This document shows positions 1-13,439 of a DNA stretch of 64,000 bases, one piece after another (position 1 is the first letter of the stretch; each line of letters starts with the position of its first letter). A program made the translations under genes and the position numbers. The notes beneath the pieces were generated by a model. It made no database searches, had not been told where the DNA came from, and was given only the letters and a program-made list of their open reading frames with translations. Source of the DNA: Raillietiella orientalis (Eukaryota); assembly GCA_036172245.1 (NCBI GenBank), contig JAYWIR010000027.1:682001-746000 (forward strand). Reading direction: 5' to 3'.

Positions 1-340
1 CGATTCTGAGCTGCAAGAAAAGGGAGGGATTGTCCTCCTGGATACCTGTCGCCCCTTCGAAAGTTCCCTGGAGGGTTTGGGAGAGGCCAGGCGAAGGGAG
101 GGAAGAAAATGGAAGCAACTGGTGCTCCATTTTTCTCCCGAAGGAATCCTTCTGGAGTCCACGGGAGCATCCGCCTTAGGATCCTTGGAATTCTGGAACC
201 TGGGAAGCTGTCTGGTGTTTAAGAGAGCTCAAGCTCCTACGGCACCGGGTGCAAGTCATCAGGGAGGAGATGATGGCTTCCATCATCCAGTTCTCCGGTG
301 AGATCTTTCGGAGCCACAGTCTGGGAAATCAGAAGCTGTG
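1..340 (+). mobile_element. Decayed C-terminus (RLE endonuclease) of a NeSL/Utopia-like non-LTR retrotransposon
   Basis: IVLLDTCRPFESSLEGLGEARRREGRKWKQL...ASALGSLEFWN, then after a frameshift MMASIIQFSGEIFRSHSLG*. This parallels the RLE consensus IxDVTxPFEN..A...R..K..KY / VGALGSW..N / VSDTIRWSRDIY.EH.TG. Confidence 0.6.
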
Positions 341-849
341 AAACAGGAGCAGTGCCCTCTGCCGGTCGATGGAATACACGAGAGCGCTGGAGATGCTGGT
401 GAATCTCTCCTGGCAACCGAGAAAGTCTCCTCCTCTACCCCAGAGTCCAACCTCCGACCCTGGGAATCTCATCTTCGACAGTGCCGCACGGATGCATGCA
501 CGGAAAGAGACTCTCAAGGATCTGTGGGGGCAAAGGCTTCATAAGTTGGGAAGCTCTGGCTTCCATCTAACGGCTGTATAAGAAAGAAATTTTGACAAGG
601 ATGCAGCCACTGCTAGCGAATGACAGCAGACAAAACAAGGGCGCAGAGCTTATGGCACGGGGTTTTTCTGGATGCCCCCAGCAAACAAACAAACAAAAAA
701 CAGAATCCGTAGCTAGCGTTAAGAATGCGCTCCAGCAGCAGAAGGCAGAACTCTTGACGGAGGCACTCAGTCTGAGCTTCCAAAGCAAAGATCAGAAAAC
801 AATAGTGGCTTCTCGGAGGAAGAGGCGAATGCGAGGAGCATGGTAGCGA

Positions 850-2850
850 AAAGAACGGATCCCTCCTGTAGGGGGGGATCCGTCGTCCATCGCCACAAAC
901 GAAACGAGACCGGATTTCGGAGCACAGGAACATCCTAAGGGTGTAAAGAGAACTGTGCGCAGAAGTATGGAGACCTCCAAACAAGGGACTAAGTAAAGGA
1001 TGGAAGAAGAAGACAGACGGAGCGAGGGGGGGGGAGAGGGAACTGGGAAAGGGGAGCACTCGAACCAGCAACCTAGTGAACCCGTGATTGAAATCCACGA
1101 GTGCCTGGAGAGGATCACGCAAAAAGAGATTCTCCGAGATGGAGTTTCTTAAGAGCAGTGCGAAGGACGTTGCCGCTGCTGACGGACAGAATCCCTTGCG
1201 AGCTGCAAAGAGATGCATACAAAATTCCGAAGACTTCCTTGTTGTCAGATCTGGAAGGGAGCAAGTTGGCACCAGTGCCAGGTTGCGAAAGTACTGTGAA
1301 CAGAAATGTATTTGCGACGCCCGTTGTCTGGAGACGGTGATCGTGAAGTGAACCTGCAAACCGTGGGGGATGGTCGCATGGTCACCCATCCTCGTGCATT
1401 GCCGAGGCACCGGAAGAAAAAGGAAGTGTCCATTCGTGCTGGGCTGGAAGGTGTCTGCGTCTTTCAAAGGATACGGTAGCAGATGTTGCAGGAATTGATG
1501 CGCAAGTGGAAATTTCGAAGTGCACCTTCGGTGGAACCATTCTTGGAGATGGAAATGTATTTGAAGTGCTGGAAATCCTCTTGGAAGATGGTGGATGCTG
1601 GCCATCTGTTTCAAACCTTCCCATCAATTCAACTTCAACCATCCTCTTGAGCCACAATTGGGATTCACTTGTCATGGCTTGCTTGCTCCATAGCCGAACA
1701 AAAATGAAAGAGGAAACTCTTGCAGTCACGCTCTCCCGATTACAAAAGAACACTCTATGGCTCTTTGGAATCAATAAGTTTGAAAGGAGTAAGAGGTGGC
1801 TGTACGCTTACCATTCTGTACACTACCTCATCCCTCTCTTTAAACCACTCATACTCCACCTTTCTTCTTCTCGGGCCTCATACATAAGTTTGCAACATCA
1901 CGCGGGCTGTATATAGTACGTTATACATTATACTATGATCGTGTGAAGATTTTTTATACATTAATATATTTTGATTCAAATTTGATCACAATGTAATTTT
2001 TTTTTACATTCGTGCATTTTATGGAAAAAGGTCTGAAGAATATGGATGTAAGCAAATACTTTTTTCAACTGTGGCGAGTTGAGCGCAGGTTGTATACGGC
2101 TCTTTCCGCGTACCAACACTGTACGAAACAACGTGATTGCACGGAACCACGAAACAAGCAAAGGACAACCCGCGAGAGGCGCTGGGTGCCGACGGCTGGT
2201 GGATTTGCCTCCTGTAAAAACGAATTGCCCGACTATCGGAAGTTCTCAAGAAAAATATAAGCTGCTTAATGGCTGTGAATGATACGGGCCGCACATTGCG
2301 GGCCGTGGGTGGAGCATGGCTGCTTCGGGCCAAGGCGGAGGAATCTTTCCAGAAGTGTCCTCCGCAGCCGCTGCTGCTGCAGGAGCTGCTGCAGACCCGT
2401 GTGCCTCGTAGCCGTATCTGGGGTGCATCCGGTGGGAGTGCCCGTCGGTTTTGCTTCCTTATTTCTTGGGAACCGGGGATGCTTTTTGCTCGGAGGCTGT
2501 TTTCGTGCCTCGGCACCAACAACCGCAAACGATCTAAAATTATAGCAAGAATGAGTGCACGAAGGGAATGCATATCATCCCTTCCCGCCGAGAGGGTGCT
2601 TTTTTTTTTTTTTTTCATTTCTCGCTCCCGTTCTCCCTCTCTCCCCTCCGAATTGATGGGAGGAATAAATCTCTTTGGCATATATGTCATCTTCCTGAAT
2701 GTTCAAAATTTAAGAAATTCCGGCGCGAGCACGAATTTTCTTCGCGCACATCGAGTTGCCCAAAGTGCGCTGTTTTCCCCAATTGGGGTTCGGCTCGAGA
2801 CTGTTTTGCGTGCTCCTTCCCTTTTTCCTATCGCATTAACATATCTGGTA
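850..2850 (+). mobile_element. Decayed NeSL/Utopia-like non-LTR element (RT to RLE)
   Basis: Ordered, frameshifted remnants: WSPILV (LSPILF), ILGDGNVFEVLEI (Y.YLG region), TLSRLQKN (LAPWQK), DYRKFSRK..LLNG (DWRFIHRARL..PLNG), NFLRAHRV. Confidence 0.4.
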
Positions 2851-3129
2851 CTTTACCATCTTTTCATGCATGACGGTTTCTTTCACACATGAAGGTTTCA
2901 TTCTCTTCTTGATAGCCAAATATTTATCCCCATCGCAAAAAGAGCGAGCCTCCTTCTCTCTCTCTCTTTCTCCCCCCTCCCCTCTTTTCTGAAGGAAGGG
3001 GATCTCCGTGGTCCCCCCCCCCCCTCAGAAAACATATATGTTCATATGCATTTATTTTGAGTATCATCTTCAGACACGCACTCCCCTCTTCTGGTACAAG
3101 CATCCGAAGCGCTTGCTATAAAAAAGAGA

Positions 3130-4020
3130 AAAGAGAATCGGGGGACTCAATCCGTGACAGGGAGCGTCTTTGAGGTGCGAGTCTGGTGGAACCGAAGATG
3201 TGATTCTCTTTGCTGGCTCGGGCGGAGAATGGGCGATCTCGAATAGGCGCTCCTTGGGAGTGTGAACTCTCCCGGCAGATGCTGCGATCTGAGGATGCGC
3301 GTCTCTGAAACCAATTGCTGAGGTCCCGGTGACGCCTCACCAAGCAGATGTTGATTTTCCTGTTCCTCCCGTATCTATAAATACCATTCCAAAACAACCA
3401 GTGTATACTTCACCTGTATACAAGTGCTGAAGCAGACGAGGAGCCACCAATCAGTGGCGCCATTAAGGCAGGATAAATTTCACGACTTCCTCGGCTGCTG
3501 GCTGTGCGTGCAGCAGCCTGGGACTCTTGAGCTGCTGTAGGGCTAGGAGCACCATAGGTGGTGGCCTAGCCCTGGCCGCTCTCTGAATTCCTACACTCTC
3601 ACACTACGCGATTTCCGCTCGCCTGGATTCCACCTGATTGATTGATTTTCCTGAGGTTTCTCCCCAAACGTTGTTTGGCTCAGACGGGTGTGTTTGTTTT
3701 AGAAAGGTCCACTTGTCTTCTGTGGAGATCGCCGGAGCACCGTCTCAAAGGTGCTCCGTTCTCCTTTGCTGGCGCACAGGTTGCACCTTCAGAGTTGTTC
3801 TGCTACAGAATCGGAAAGGATGGGCGTTGGGAGCCATCCTCCTCCGTTTCTACCCATCTTGTTGCCCTGCCGAGGGCCGGCTGTTCCTCTGGGATGGTGA
3901 CCTGAGGTCTGTCCCCACCGGCTGCTTCGCTCCCCGCTCTCCCGACCCATATCTGAACGGTGTGTTTCCAAAAATGGACAGGCAGAACTACTGGGTGGGA
4001 GGCACTGGCCAGTATTCCTG
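3130..4020 (-). mobile_element. Decayed non-LTR RT N-terminal fragment
   Basis: INICLVRRHRDLSNW resembles T.LI.K.GD..D..NW, followed by ILRPSQQ (LSP.QKG). Confidence 0.3.
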
Positions 4021-4139
4021 TTTTAAGTAATGAAACCAGTACATTGAATAGAACAGTATTTAAGACTTCCGGTTATTGTAAATATCTTACGGAAAATGTT
4101 AAGCATCTCGACATCAGGAATTAAAAATAAACACAGAGG

Positions 4140-6370
4140 GAGGTGTTGACGAGCACCCCTCGTTACCGAGGAGACTCAACTTTGCATTGGCACAAGGCAG
4201 CTCGTTCCTGCTGCCTCTCTCGTTGCCACAAAAAAGAGTGCATGTGGCTCGCTGCCACAAACATTCTTTCAAACAGCACTCTTCAACAGAGTCCTGGAGC
4301 CTGCAGGAAGCCTAAAACTCTGCGTCCATGGCTACAGGCGGTCTCCAAAACGTATTATGTGCAGATTCGTATTATAATGTGTGCATCCCAGATTACCAGT
4401 GCAGAGAGAAATCCATCCATTTAGACAGTCACTCGAGATGAATTCGAATTGATGGGAAAAATAAATATCCACGCTTACCTATCTACATCTGGGTTTCTCT
4501 TCATTTCAGGGAAGAAATGAAAAGCACCAGGATGCTTTCTATAGAGCAAGTCGTCGTCGCATTTGGTAGCAATGGATCCGGACCTCTTGTGGATCAATGT
4601 GTGGCCCTTTGCAGCGGTGCGATTTTACCTAGAGAATTAGAGTGTCTTCGAAAAGGTGGTCGTGTGCTCACCAGAACCCTCCACTGTCTATTTGAGTCTC
4701 GACCGCTTCGTGGCAACCCCATCTTCGACACGCTGTTGGGGGAAGGGATGTGTGTGTGTGTGGGGGAGGGGAGGTCATGCCATCGCGGGGTTTCCTGCAT
4801 GTGTCTCTTTTCTGTTGGCATCATCCTGCACAAGGGGACGAAACAAGCTGTCGGGAATGCACGGATGCGTCTGCATCGATTTCCCCTTAGCAGGAGCACT
4901 TCATGTGACGTGTGGATGAACTTTTCGGACTTGCACACTTCCTCCGGACCTGTGGCGATGCTGCTGCTGCTGCAGGGATGAGTGCTTGCCGGAGGTATCG
5001 CTGAAGTGGAGAAAAATGAAATCACGAGGTCCCAAGAAAAAGATTGCATCTGCGACAGCTGCAGCGAGCTGTGGGCTCATCTGCCGGGAGCGACAGACGA
5101 TGCCCAGCCGGATGCATGCAGCAGCTCTGTGCACTCCAGCTGGCGTCGGGAAAACCAACGCACCGCGAGGAGCGGCACCGAGGGGGAATGGGAGGGTCTC
5201 TCGAGCTCCCCTTCACGTTTTCTTTTGTGCTGTTCGCGACAGTCCTGGACGTTTCCGCTCATTCCTTGACTTCCTGTAATTTCGGAATCTCGGTCCCAAG
5301 AACATCCCTTGGTAGCGTCCTTCTCTGCCATTTTCTTCCCCCCTTCCCTCCTCATCCGTCACGCGTCCCTCACTTCTGCAACCGGAGAGATGGACGCGGC
5401 GGTGAAGCCTCGTGTGGTGTACACCTTCTATCTCTCCTCCTGGAGGAACCAATGACCTCTACCTATTGGACCCGCCCGTGCCTCCGCCGAGGGCATGGAT
5501 TCCGCGTCGCACGTCCCTGCTTGTCGGGAAGGGAAGGGAACGAGCGAGTCGCTGTGGAGACGGCTTTCGTCTCCCTCTCTACCTCTCTCTCGCGCGCTCG
5601 AGGATGGCGTTCTCGGGTAGCCGCTGTGCTGTCTGCTCGGCATAGCGACGCGGGTGGCCGGGTGCCGGGCGAGGCTCGTAGGCTACTGCGGGATGTCATC
5701 GCAAAGGCCTTGCGGTTTCTCAGGACCGGGGACTCTCAGGGGGAAGAGCACCACGGGGTGCAGATTCAGGTCATCGTGAGCCCTCTGCCTTCTCCCACCC
5801 CATCCCGTCCTCATCTATGGACTCGTCATCCGCGCGCTCCGAATGGCGACTTGGTTCCCGCGGGACGAAGGTCCTCGCCGAGAGCACGTCCTCGCGGGGT
5901 CTGCGGGCACCCCGCGGGGTGAAGGGGCACCTTGTCCAGGAGCTGCGTGGGTGTGGTTGCACCGCAGGCACCGGAAGCCTCCGAAGATTCTCGTCGTCTC
6001 TCCCCGTCCGTTTCCGCAGCGCGCGCGATGACTGGGGACGCAGTCAGCCTGCAAGCAGAGCCTTACTTCCCCCCTCGAGAGCTTCTGGGAGGGGGGGGGG
6101 GACAGGAACTCTCAGGAACCGAGGGAAGCCGTGAAGGCACTCCGGGAAGATGCGCCGTCCGGTTCCGCGGTGTGCAACTCGAAGTTGTCATTGGCAACTG
6201 CGGGATCGTCGCCTCCCCCTTGACCTGGGGTTCCGTGGCTGCCGGTTCCCAGAGTTGCGGTAGACGGGAGAAGGGGGGTGGGCAAGCGCGGGAAAGTAGA
6301 CGGGCCATCGTGTGACCACGAAGATCTGGAAAAGAATCCTTCGGCGATGTCCTGCGCCCCTCTATTCCTC
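4140..6370 (+). mobile_element. Decayed near-complete RT-RLE region of a NeSL/Utopia-like element
   Basis: Ordered remnants: STPRYRGD..WHK, KTLRPWLQAVSKTYY, VAFGS, RGNPIF, RRLLRDVIAKALRFLRTGDSQGE (PDQGK), WTRHPRAPNGDLVP (WRFIHRARLN.VP), GVCGHP, IVASPLTW (IVGALGSW). Confidence 0.5.
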
Positions 6371-6399
6371 GGCTTCCACGGGGTCGTCAGCCAGGACGA

Positions 6400-7400
6400 G
6401 CTCCAGGCCCCCCTCCCCATTCCCCGCGGGAGGGAACCCGGCTCGAGAACGGGGGCAAGTTCACGAAAACCCTGAGGGATTCCCCTCCCCTATTCCCGGA
6501 AGGCAGGAACTGAAGATCCTGGATTCCTCTCTCCGGGGCGCTCCCTAGGGAAGCCGTCCCAACCTCCAAACCACAGGTTCCGCATCCCAGCCGTCGCCAG
6601 AAGGGACAGCAGAGGGGTCTTGACTGGAGGAGGGGAGGAAGGGGGAGGAAATTCCCTTGCCGGACTGGCTGAATTGGAAGGCGGGATCCCCCCCCCCCCT
6701 CCAACACTCCAAAGACCTCTCCATCGGTGACGACGTCGTCTGGACCAGGAACTCTGATCCCTGCGTCAGTCCAGAAGATTCCTCGGCTCCTTTACACGAA
6801 TCCGTTTCTTCAGAGGGCCCCAAATTGTAGGGGATCCAGGTGGGTCACGAGGGACATGCGGGAGGAGGAATGGCAGTCTCCCAGTTGTTCGTGCCGCGGG
6901 CTTCCCACTCTCCGACTTGAGTATGCTAGAGTGGAAACCTCCTCTCCCCCCTCTCGAGATGTCGACGAGCGCGACTCTCGAAAAAATCGCACCGGAAGCT
7001 CAGGGATGCTACCGTTCTTCCTACTCCCCCTCGTCCCGCATGGCTGCTGGCGACCTTCAGTTTAGAGCAGGAAGGCTTCCTCCCCCCCTAGGACTCTCGG
7101 GTTCCGCTTCCGCGTGCTCAGTCGATCGCCGGTACGACCTTCTCTAATCTGCCGGATCACTCCGCCTCGCGGCATGTGGGCGCCCCTTCGGACGCCTCTT
7201 TCTCTGCGAAAAGGATTAGAGGCGGTCTACCTGTTCCTTTCCCCTGGCTCCTCCCTTACTTTCCCGTCTGCTTTCGTCGTCTGTTCCTTCCCGGAATATC
7301 CGCCCTTCTCCCGCGACCATCTCCGCGAATCCGGGCACTCCCCCGGGCCGCGGGTTCGCACGCGACGGATCCTGCAGCAAACTCTTCCCAGAGGTTCGTA
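6400..7400 (-). mobile_element. Decayed non-LTR RT fragment
   Basis: PIQPVRQGNFLPLPPLLQSRPL (GVRQG.PLSP.LFN...EPL), followed by ERGIQDL...LRVFVN. Boundaries are approximate. Confidence 0.35.
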
Positions 7401-8049
7401 AGCGTCCCACGGGCCGACAGAAGGAAAACGGAGCTGAAGGCGAAACCTCTTGGTTGTGCTATATGTAGCACAGAATAAACCCAAGCTATTTATAGACTTG
7501 TACAAAGTGGCAAAAGGCCGGGGAAAAACTTGGTTCGGCTTCACGGGTTTCGATCTTAGTTGACCACTCCATCCACCACCTGTTCCTAGTTGACGGTGTG
7601 TTTTCATGGCGAGGATCCAAGCAGCATTCGTGCAACGTGCCCAGGCACCCCTCGCAGAAATGTGGAGCCTGCGACCCGATCCAAACGGCCTACCAGTGGG
7701 TCCTCACCTGGAAAAGTGGACCCGGAAGAGTGGATTTGTGGGTGACATGAAGGCTGTACGCACGCTTCGATGTAAGTTCCTGCTTGTTGACGGTTTCGCG
7801 TACATCAGAACGCCTACGGCTACAAGTGGCACACGGAAGGTCTTCACGGGAAAACTACGAGCATGTTCGTGCGCGCTTAGATTTTGCCGGTATTTTTTCC
7901 TTTTCCTTTTTTTTTTTTTTTTTTTTTTTCGGTGCATGCGAAGGTCATTCTCTGCTCGGAGTCGCAGACTCCTCTGGATTCTTCACATCCGTGCTCGTGC
8001 TACAAGTTGTTGATGCATACTTGGAAACCTGAGATTCTTTGTGTGTTTC

Positions 8050-10600
8050 CATTCTGCGCCTCGGAGGGATCCTCAGCCTCTGTCGCGCCAGCAGAAGCTC
8101 TTTCCTGCTTTTCCCCCGCTTCCCTGATGGGAAACGGATACATGAAACGAGCCTTCCATCTTGATCCGGAAGCACATTCCAGCAACGTCGTTGCCACTGG
8201 CGAAGGTTCCGGGATTTCCACCCAAAACCACACCAAGTGGCTGAGAGGGTTCATACTTTTTTTTTATTCCAGAGAAAGAAAAGCAGTAAACTCGATCAGG
8301 TACCTCCCCCCCCCCCTCACCCCCAGATCAGTGACCCAACGAGCAACAGCACGGATCGCAGCTCTGTAGTGGAGATTGCTTGCTGCTTGTCCTCCCTCGG
8401 ACGACAAACCGAATGGCTAAACAGAGCGAAAGCGTTCTCTTTCTCTTGTTCTTCTCTTCTTCGTCTCTATCCGCAATGGTTGCTGAGGTTAAGCGCGTTG
8501 GCTGGCAGCAGGACGGACGAAATCTGGATGAGAAACACGCAAGTGTACGCCATGCCGAGCTCGTGTTTGGCGCAGTCCATGAGCAGACCTTCACGGTACC
8601 CGCAGCCTCTTCAGGTCTGCTTTTCGCTTCCCAGGAGTCGAGAGGTCCTGCTCTCTCCTCGTTGCCCCGAAGAGGTCTTTTCCTCTTTAACGGTCGCGTT
8701 TTGTCTCCTCCTTTCGCTGCTTCCTGAAAGCCAAAAGGCAGCGAAAACCGATGAGGGGTGAGAAGAAAGAAAACGAAGTCGCTTCCTGAATGTTCTCTGG
8801 GCTGCACTTTCCCTCTCCCAACCACAATGCTCGTCCATTCCCCCACTCCGGAGAAGAAAAAAACGGAATTTCAGGCGCCGACCCCGCCGACAGCCCGAGC
8901 ATGGACGCTCTCGCTGCGCCCCGAGCCGCAATGGTGGTGCGTTCCGGCCTCGGTGTTCGGTACAGAGTCTTAGTGGAAGTGCTGTGGCTCATCTGCCGCC
9001 TTCTCCTTTCCCCTGCTCGTCCGGTGGAATCGAAGATTTCCTTCCCTCGCCAATCCTCCTCCTCCCTCGTTTCCGAGCTCACTCTTGCGCTGCTCTGTCC
9101 TCCTCGTGGTGAAAACGGCTTTGTGTCTCCTCCACCCCCCACACCCCGGTATCTCTCTTCTGATTCACGTTTCTTGCTTCTTTCTTTCTCTTTTGAGTTC
9201 GTTCTCTCCTTTCCGGTTCCATCCACCCACCACCCCGTTCCGAACAGGCTTCTCTTTTTTGCCTTCCGTGCAATAAATCACTGCATTTCCTTGCATCGGC
9301 TCGGCGGATGCATTCAAATGCGCCAGGGTTTCCCGCCCAAAACTCCCGCCTCGGATTCAAACCCCGGATGGCGATTCGCACACGAGCAAACGGAAACATT
9401 CCGCTCAGCGAGGGTCGGTCCGACCAGTCCGACCGACTTCCGTCTGGTGCCTCGACGGCTCCTCATCGTGCCTCACGAGGCGCGACCCGATTCCTCCCCC
9501 TCCCCTGACCCCCTCCCAAGCCGTGTTACGCTTGCCTTCCGTCTGGAGCTATGTCTTCCTTCCTGCAAGGCGGATTACGAATTTATGGGAAGTAAGGAAG
9601 GAAAAAAAGTTCTCGGCCGAAACGTGCCCTCTTGGCTTCAAGATTCCCTTTTGGGGGAACTTTTAACGAAGATCTTTTCTTCTTCTTTGGTTTGAAGCGT
9701 GCGGGCGCCGCAAGCTCCCCGCCGGAGCCATTGTCTCAAAGGAGTGCAGGCGAGCTGTTGGCTCGAGGTGCGGCCGGAGAAGCGCCGGAGGCGAGCGACT
9801 CGTGAGGCATCTCCTGCAACAGAATCCCCGGGAATCCCGAACGCGCCTTTTGTTTCCTTGCTTCCGCGTAAGCTGAACGTGGATGCGCAACCCCCCGCGT
9901 ACCGCGCGCATCGCTTCCAGAAGGAGCTTCCTTTCAGCTTTTGTCGCAGCCCTGCAAAGAGCGCTGCTGGCAGGGACGCCAGGGGCATCCACGGGAAGAC
10001 ATGGAAGAAGAGGTCATTTTGCAACCTCCGCATTTCCTTTTTCCTTTCCTCCCCCCCTCCCCTCCCCCCTATTTGCTGTTGAACAACAACCATGCACGGG
10101 ACGAACATCCCTATTCTCCCGATGACAATTTTTTTTCCCGTCCCTATATCTACTTTCAAAATTCTCGCCAGCGATCTCTTTCAGCGATTGCATATTTCAC
10201 AAGGCGAGCATTCCGTAAAGCATGGATTCTTCGTGAATGCCTCTCGTCGATGCAGTGGGTTAGTGAAGCCGTGTCTCTTCTGTAGGAGTCGGGACCCACT
10301 GTAATCATGCAAAGCATGCCTGAATAATTATCGTAGCGTGAAACGAAAATTGGGTGATGAGAGCTCATGAGAACCGGAGCACCAATTAATAAGACAGCAG
10401 CAGCAACCTGTGGGAGAACATAATGAGGATAAATCGTTATTACTGATCTGAAGCCGCAACACAACGAAATTCTTTTTCGGCTATTTTTTCTCTCTCTCTC
10501 TCTCTCTCTTTTTTTTCTTCCTAGCATCACGGGCTGCAGTCGTTTCGCCATGTCCACTTCCATGACAACTGTCGTTTGAATGTGGGATCACTAGAGAATC
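8050..10600 (+). mobile_element. Decayed NeSL/Utopia-like element (RT to zinc knuckle)
   Basis: Ordered remnants: HLDPEAH, SDPTSN...TEWLNRAKAFS, ELVFGAVHE (NAFGSV.H), NGISGADPADSP (GV.QGDPLSP), LCLPSCKADYEFM (L.LP.RA..E), ISQGE, KPCLFCRSRDPL. Confidence 0.5.
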
Positions 10601-10799
10601 TCTGCGTCCAAAGGGATTTTCGAATGCGAACACTTCGCGAAAATCGAAACTGCGGACAAGAAAAAAAAAAAAAAAAAAAAAAAAAGGGCGTACACTGTTT
10701 GAGGGGTTTTGTTTTTTTTTTTTTTTCCTTTGAAAAAATTAAAATGTACTTGTGAAAACAAAAAATTGGATACGTCTCTCTCTGTGTACAAGTGCGTCC

Positions 10800-12900
10800 T
10801 GAACACGCAACAACAAAGGACCGTCCACGGAGAACCTCCTCCTCCCCCCTGTCGCATTGTTGTTCTATTTTCGTCCCGGAGACGTTGCTCGGATGCACAA
10901 CAATGATCCACTTTGTTCACGCTCACGGCGTTGGCCAGGGAACGAACGGGGTGGTCCTTTTCGCAAATCCCAGTTTCCGAGTTTTCGCTCCGCATGGGGG
11001 AGGGGGCACGCACTGTTCCCATCCCGGGCGACGGCGACAGGAAGCGGGCAACAGTTCTTACCCGGGCGCCAATTAGCAATTATCCACAGCATTAGCTACG
11101 CGAGCCGTGTCACGGAACCGTTACCCGAAGGAAAAGCGCGAACCCGAAAACTGGGATTTAAAAAGTCGCTCCATCACTGAGACCGCTCCAAATGAAGCGC
11201 GCACTGCACGCGTCCATGTGACGTCCCGTCTTTCATGTCACGGGCACTAAATTCACATCTAGCGAAACACGATCGATGGAAAAAAAAAAAAAAAAAAGGG
11301 AAAAGGAGGGGAGGGGGGGGGGAGGAACACGAAAAAAAAGAAAAAAAAAAAGAGAACCTCCTATTTATTACGAATAGAAACACCACCACCAGCAACACAA
11401 CTGTTTACGTTCCTTTCAGAATAAGGTACCAACCCTCTCCCCCTCCCCGTTCTCATATTGAGCAGTTTTTTCTAAACAGTTTGCCACAGTAGGAAAGGTG
11501 GTGTGTGTGTGTGGGGGGGGGGGGGATGTACTTTTGTATTGTGAAGAAGGTGAAACATCCGATACGTTATTGTGCGTTCGGAGAGAAAGTGTCTTCGAAA
11601 AACTGGCGCCGCAGCGCATCAGGCGATCTCGCGAGACGGAAGAAAATCCCGCGGCTTGAGCTTCGCAGCGCTCTTTGCAAAGGGCGACCGCCGGAGACGA
11701 CAGCGCGAGCGGATTTGCGTAACGTTCGGGCGCACCACTCAAAACAGGGAGCGCTTTTTGCCCTCACGCGGGCGATGGTTCTCTCGGAGGTGAGGCGAGC
11801 GTTCCGAGACGCAGCGAAGCTCGCAAAAGAGTTCTCGCTTTCAGCACCACCCGCGCGACGAGCTCTCGCGGGCTTGCGCGCTCCCAAGATGCTCCCGCGG
11901 TGCTGCATCCTGGTGCGGCTCCGGCGGCTGATCATCCGATCCGGATTTTCCAACGAGTGAAAAACGGCAAGCACGAGACGAGTCTCCCGCCCAGCGCGAG
12001 GGGCAAGCTCTGGCCCTTCCGCTTCGGAGATGCGGTGGGACGGTCGATGGTGAAGCGCTGGGCTCTGCCCCCACGGAAGTGCGGGATCTTCGTTCTGCTT
12101 GTGGCGCACCGGTTCCCACATCACCAGGTGACCCATCGGATTCGTGGCGACGGGAGCCGCGCGACACAAATGCTTTCGGGGGATTTGCACCCGTCAGACA
12201 CCTCGTCCCATCAGGTGGTTCCGTCTGGAAGCGCGTTGAGTCACCGCCCCGCTGGAAGATCGGATCCGATTCGCCCTTTGGAATCGGGCAGCAGCCACTG
12301 CAGGGCACCGAACTACCCCGTCAGCTGCGACCCGGCAAATGAAATCAACCAGGAGTAAGACGTCCCGCGAAACGACGGACGGCGATCACAGGAAGGCGAG
12401 TCCTCTTCTTCCCAGCATCCCCGATCGGCACGCCAAGCCAGAGCTTCTCCTCGTTCTGGAAACACGAGACGTCGTTTTCCACGGTCACGGGGGGACGGAG
12501 CGCGCGTCCCCTCACCCTGCGGTGGGCTCCACCAAACTGGAAGAGGACGAACGTCCCTGATGCGCGCTTTGCAGCGATGGTTCATCTCGGCGGCGGCGGC
12601 GGCGATCTGCGAGAGAACGACGGCACACGCCTCGACATCTGCATTTGGGACGCCTCCGCCGGGCACTGAGCAGCTTTTCCGCCCGGGATGTCGCAACTAG
12701 GCTTTCCGAGGCCGCTCCTCTCCACCTCACGCCTGGGAGGAGAAGGGAGGGGAGGGGCAGACGAGCAGGGACCATGACCAACCATGACCACACGGCGTGC
12801 TCGCACACCTCGTTTGCGGAGTGGGAGCTCGGGAGGATGCGAGGCAACGGCAGCCATCCGCGCGCGGAGCAACAACCCGTGCGGCGCGGCTCTCTCTCTC
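10800..12900 (+). mobile_element. Decayed GC-rich NeSL/Utopia-like element
   Basis: CAFGEKV (LAFADDL), RGLSFAALFA (GL.FN..KCA), DAVGRSMVKRWALPPRK (D..IR...K.WL.LP.RA), SVWKRV (SLW.RAR), CALC. Confidence 0.4.
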
Positions 12901-12928
12901 TCTTTTTCGTCCCATCCAGTTTTTTTCC

Positions 12929-12931
<3 letters not shown>

Positions 12932-12966
<35 letters not shown>
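12932..12966. repeat. (CT)n microsatellite
   Basis: Direct reading. Confidence 0.95.
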
Positions 12967-12968
<2 letters not shown>

Positions 12969-13356
12969 TTTCTCTTTTTGTGCGCGTGCGCACGTACCTT
13001 CCTGCGCGTACGCGCACCATACACACGGGCACGACTACTCCCCATCCGCTCCAGCGAGGCAGCCGGTGGAGCTTTGGCGGAACTACCCCAGGCAATCTGA
13101 GGCCTGCAACGCGCGCACGCGGCCAAGGAAAAACGTGAGGGAGAGGATTTGCCCCGAGGGTAAGTTGCCCCTGACGGGGCGCGTACTTTCGCAGCAAGGC
13201 GCCAAGGGCAGGCGGACTCTTTTCTCCGGCGGCCGCCGCTTGGCGAGCGGATCCGTCCGTTCGGACCGAGGCGGGGACGCGAAGCCGGACGGCCGTACGC
13301 GAGCGACCATGTGACCGTCGTCGCCGCTGCCGAATCCGAGCCGCGAATTTGCCCTT

Positions 13357-13395
13357 CTCCTCCTCCTCCTCCTCCTCCTCCTCCTCCTCCTCCTC
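13357..13395. repeat. (CCT)n microsatellite
   Basis: Direct reading. Confidence 0.95.
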
Positions 13396-13439
13396 TCCTC
13401 CCGCCCTGTTCGCACGAGCACACGTGCGCGCCTCCGCTG

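Noticed and set aside
613..1614. 333-aa minus-strand ORF
   Set aside because: Antisense to a decayed RT fossil; no recognisable protein features.
7606..7840. Exon-like segment with a GTAAGT donor
   Set aside because: Could not be joined into a consistent reading frame or matched to a known protein.
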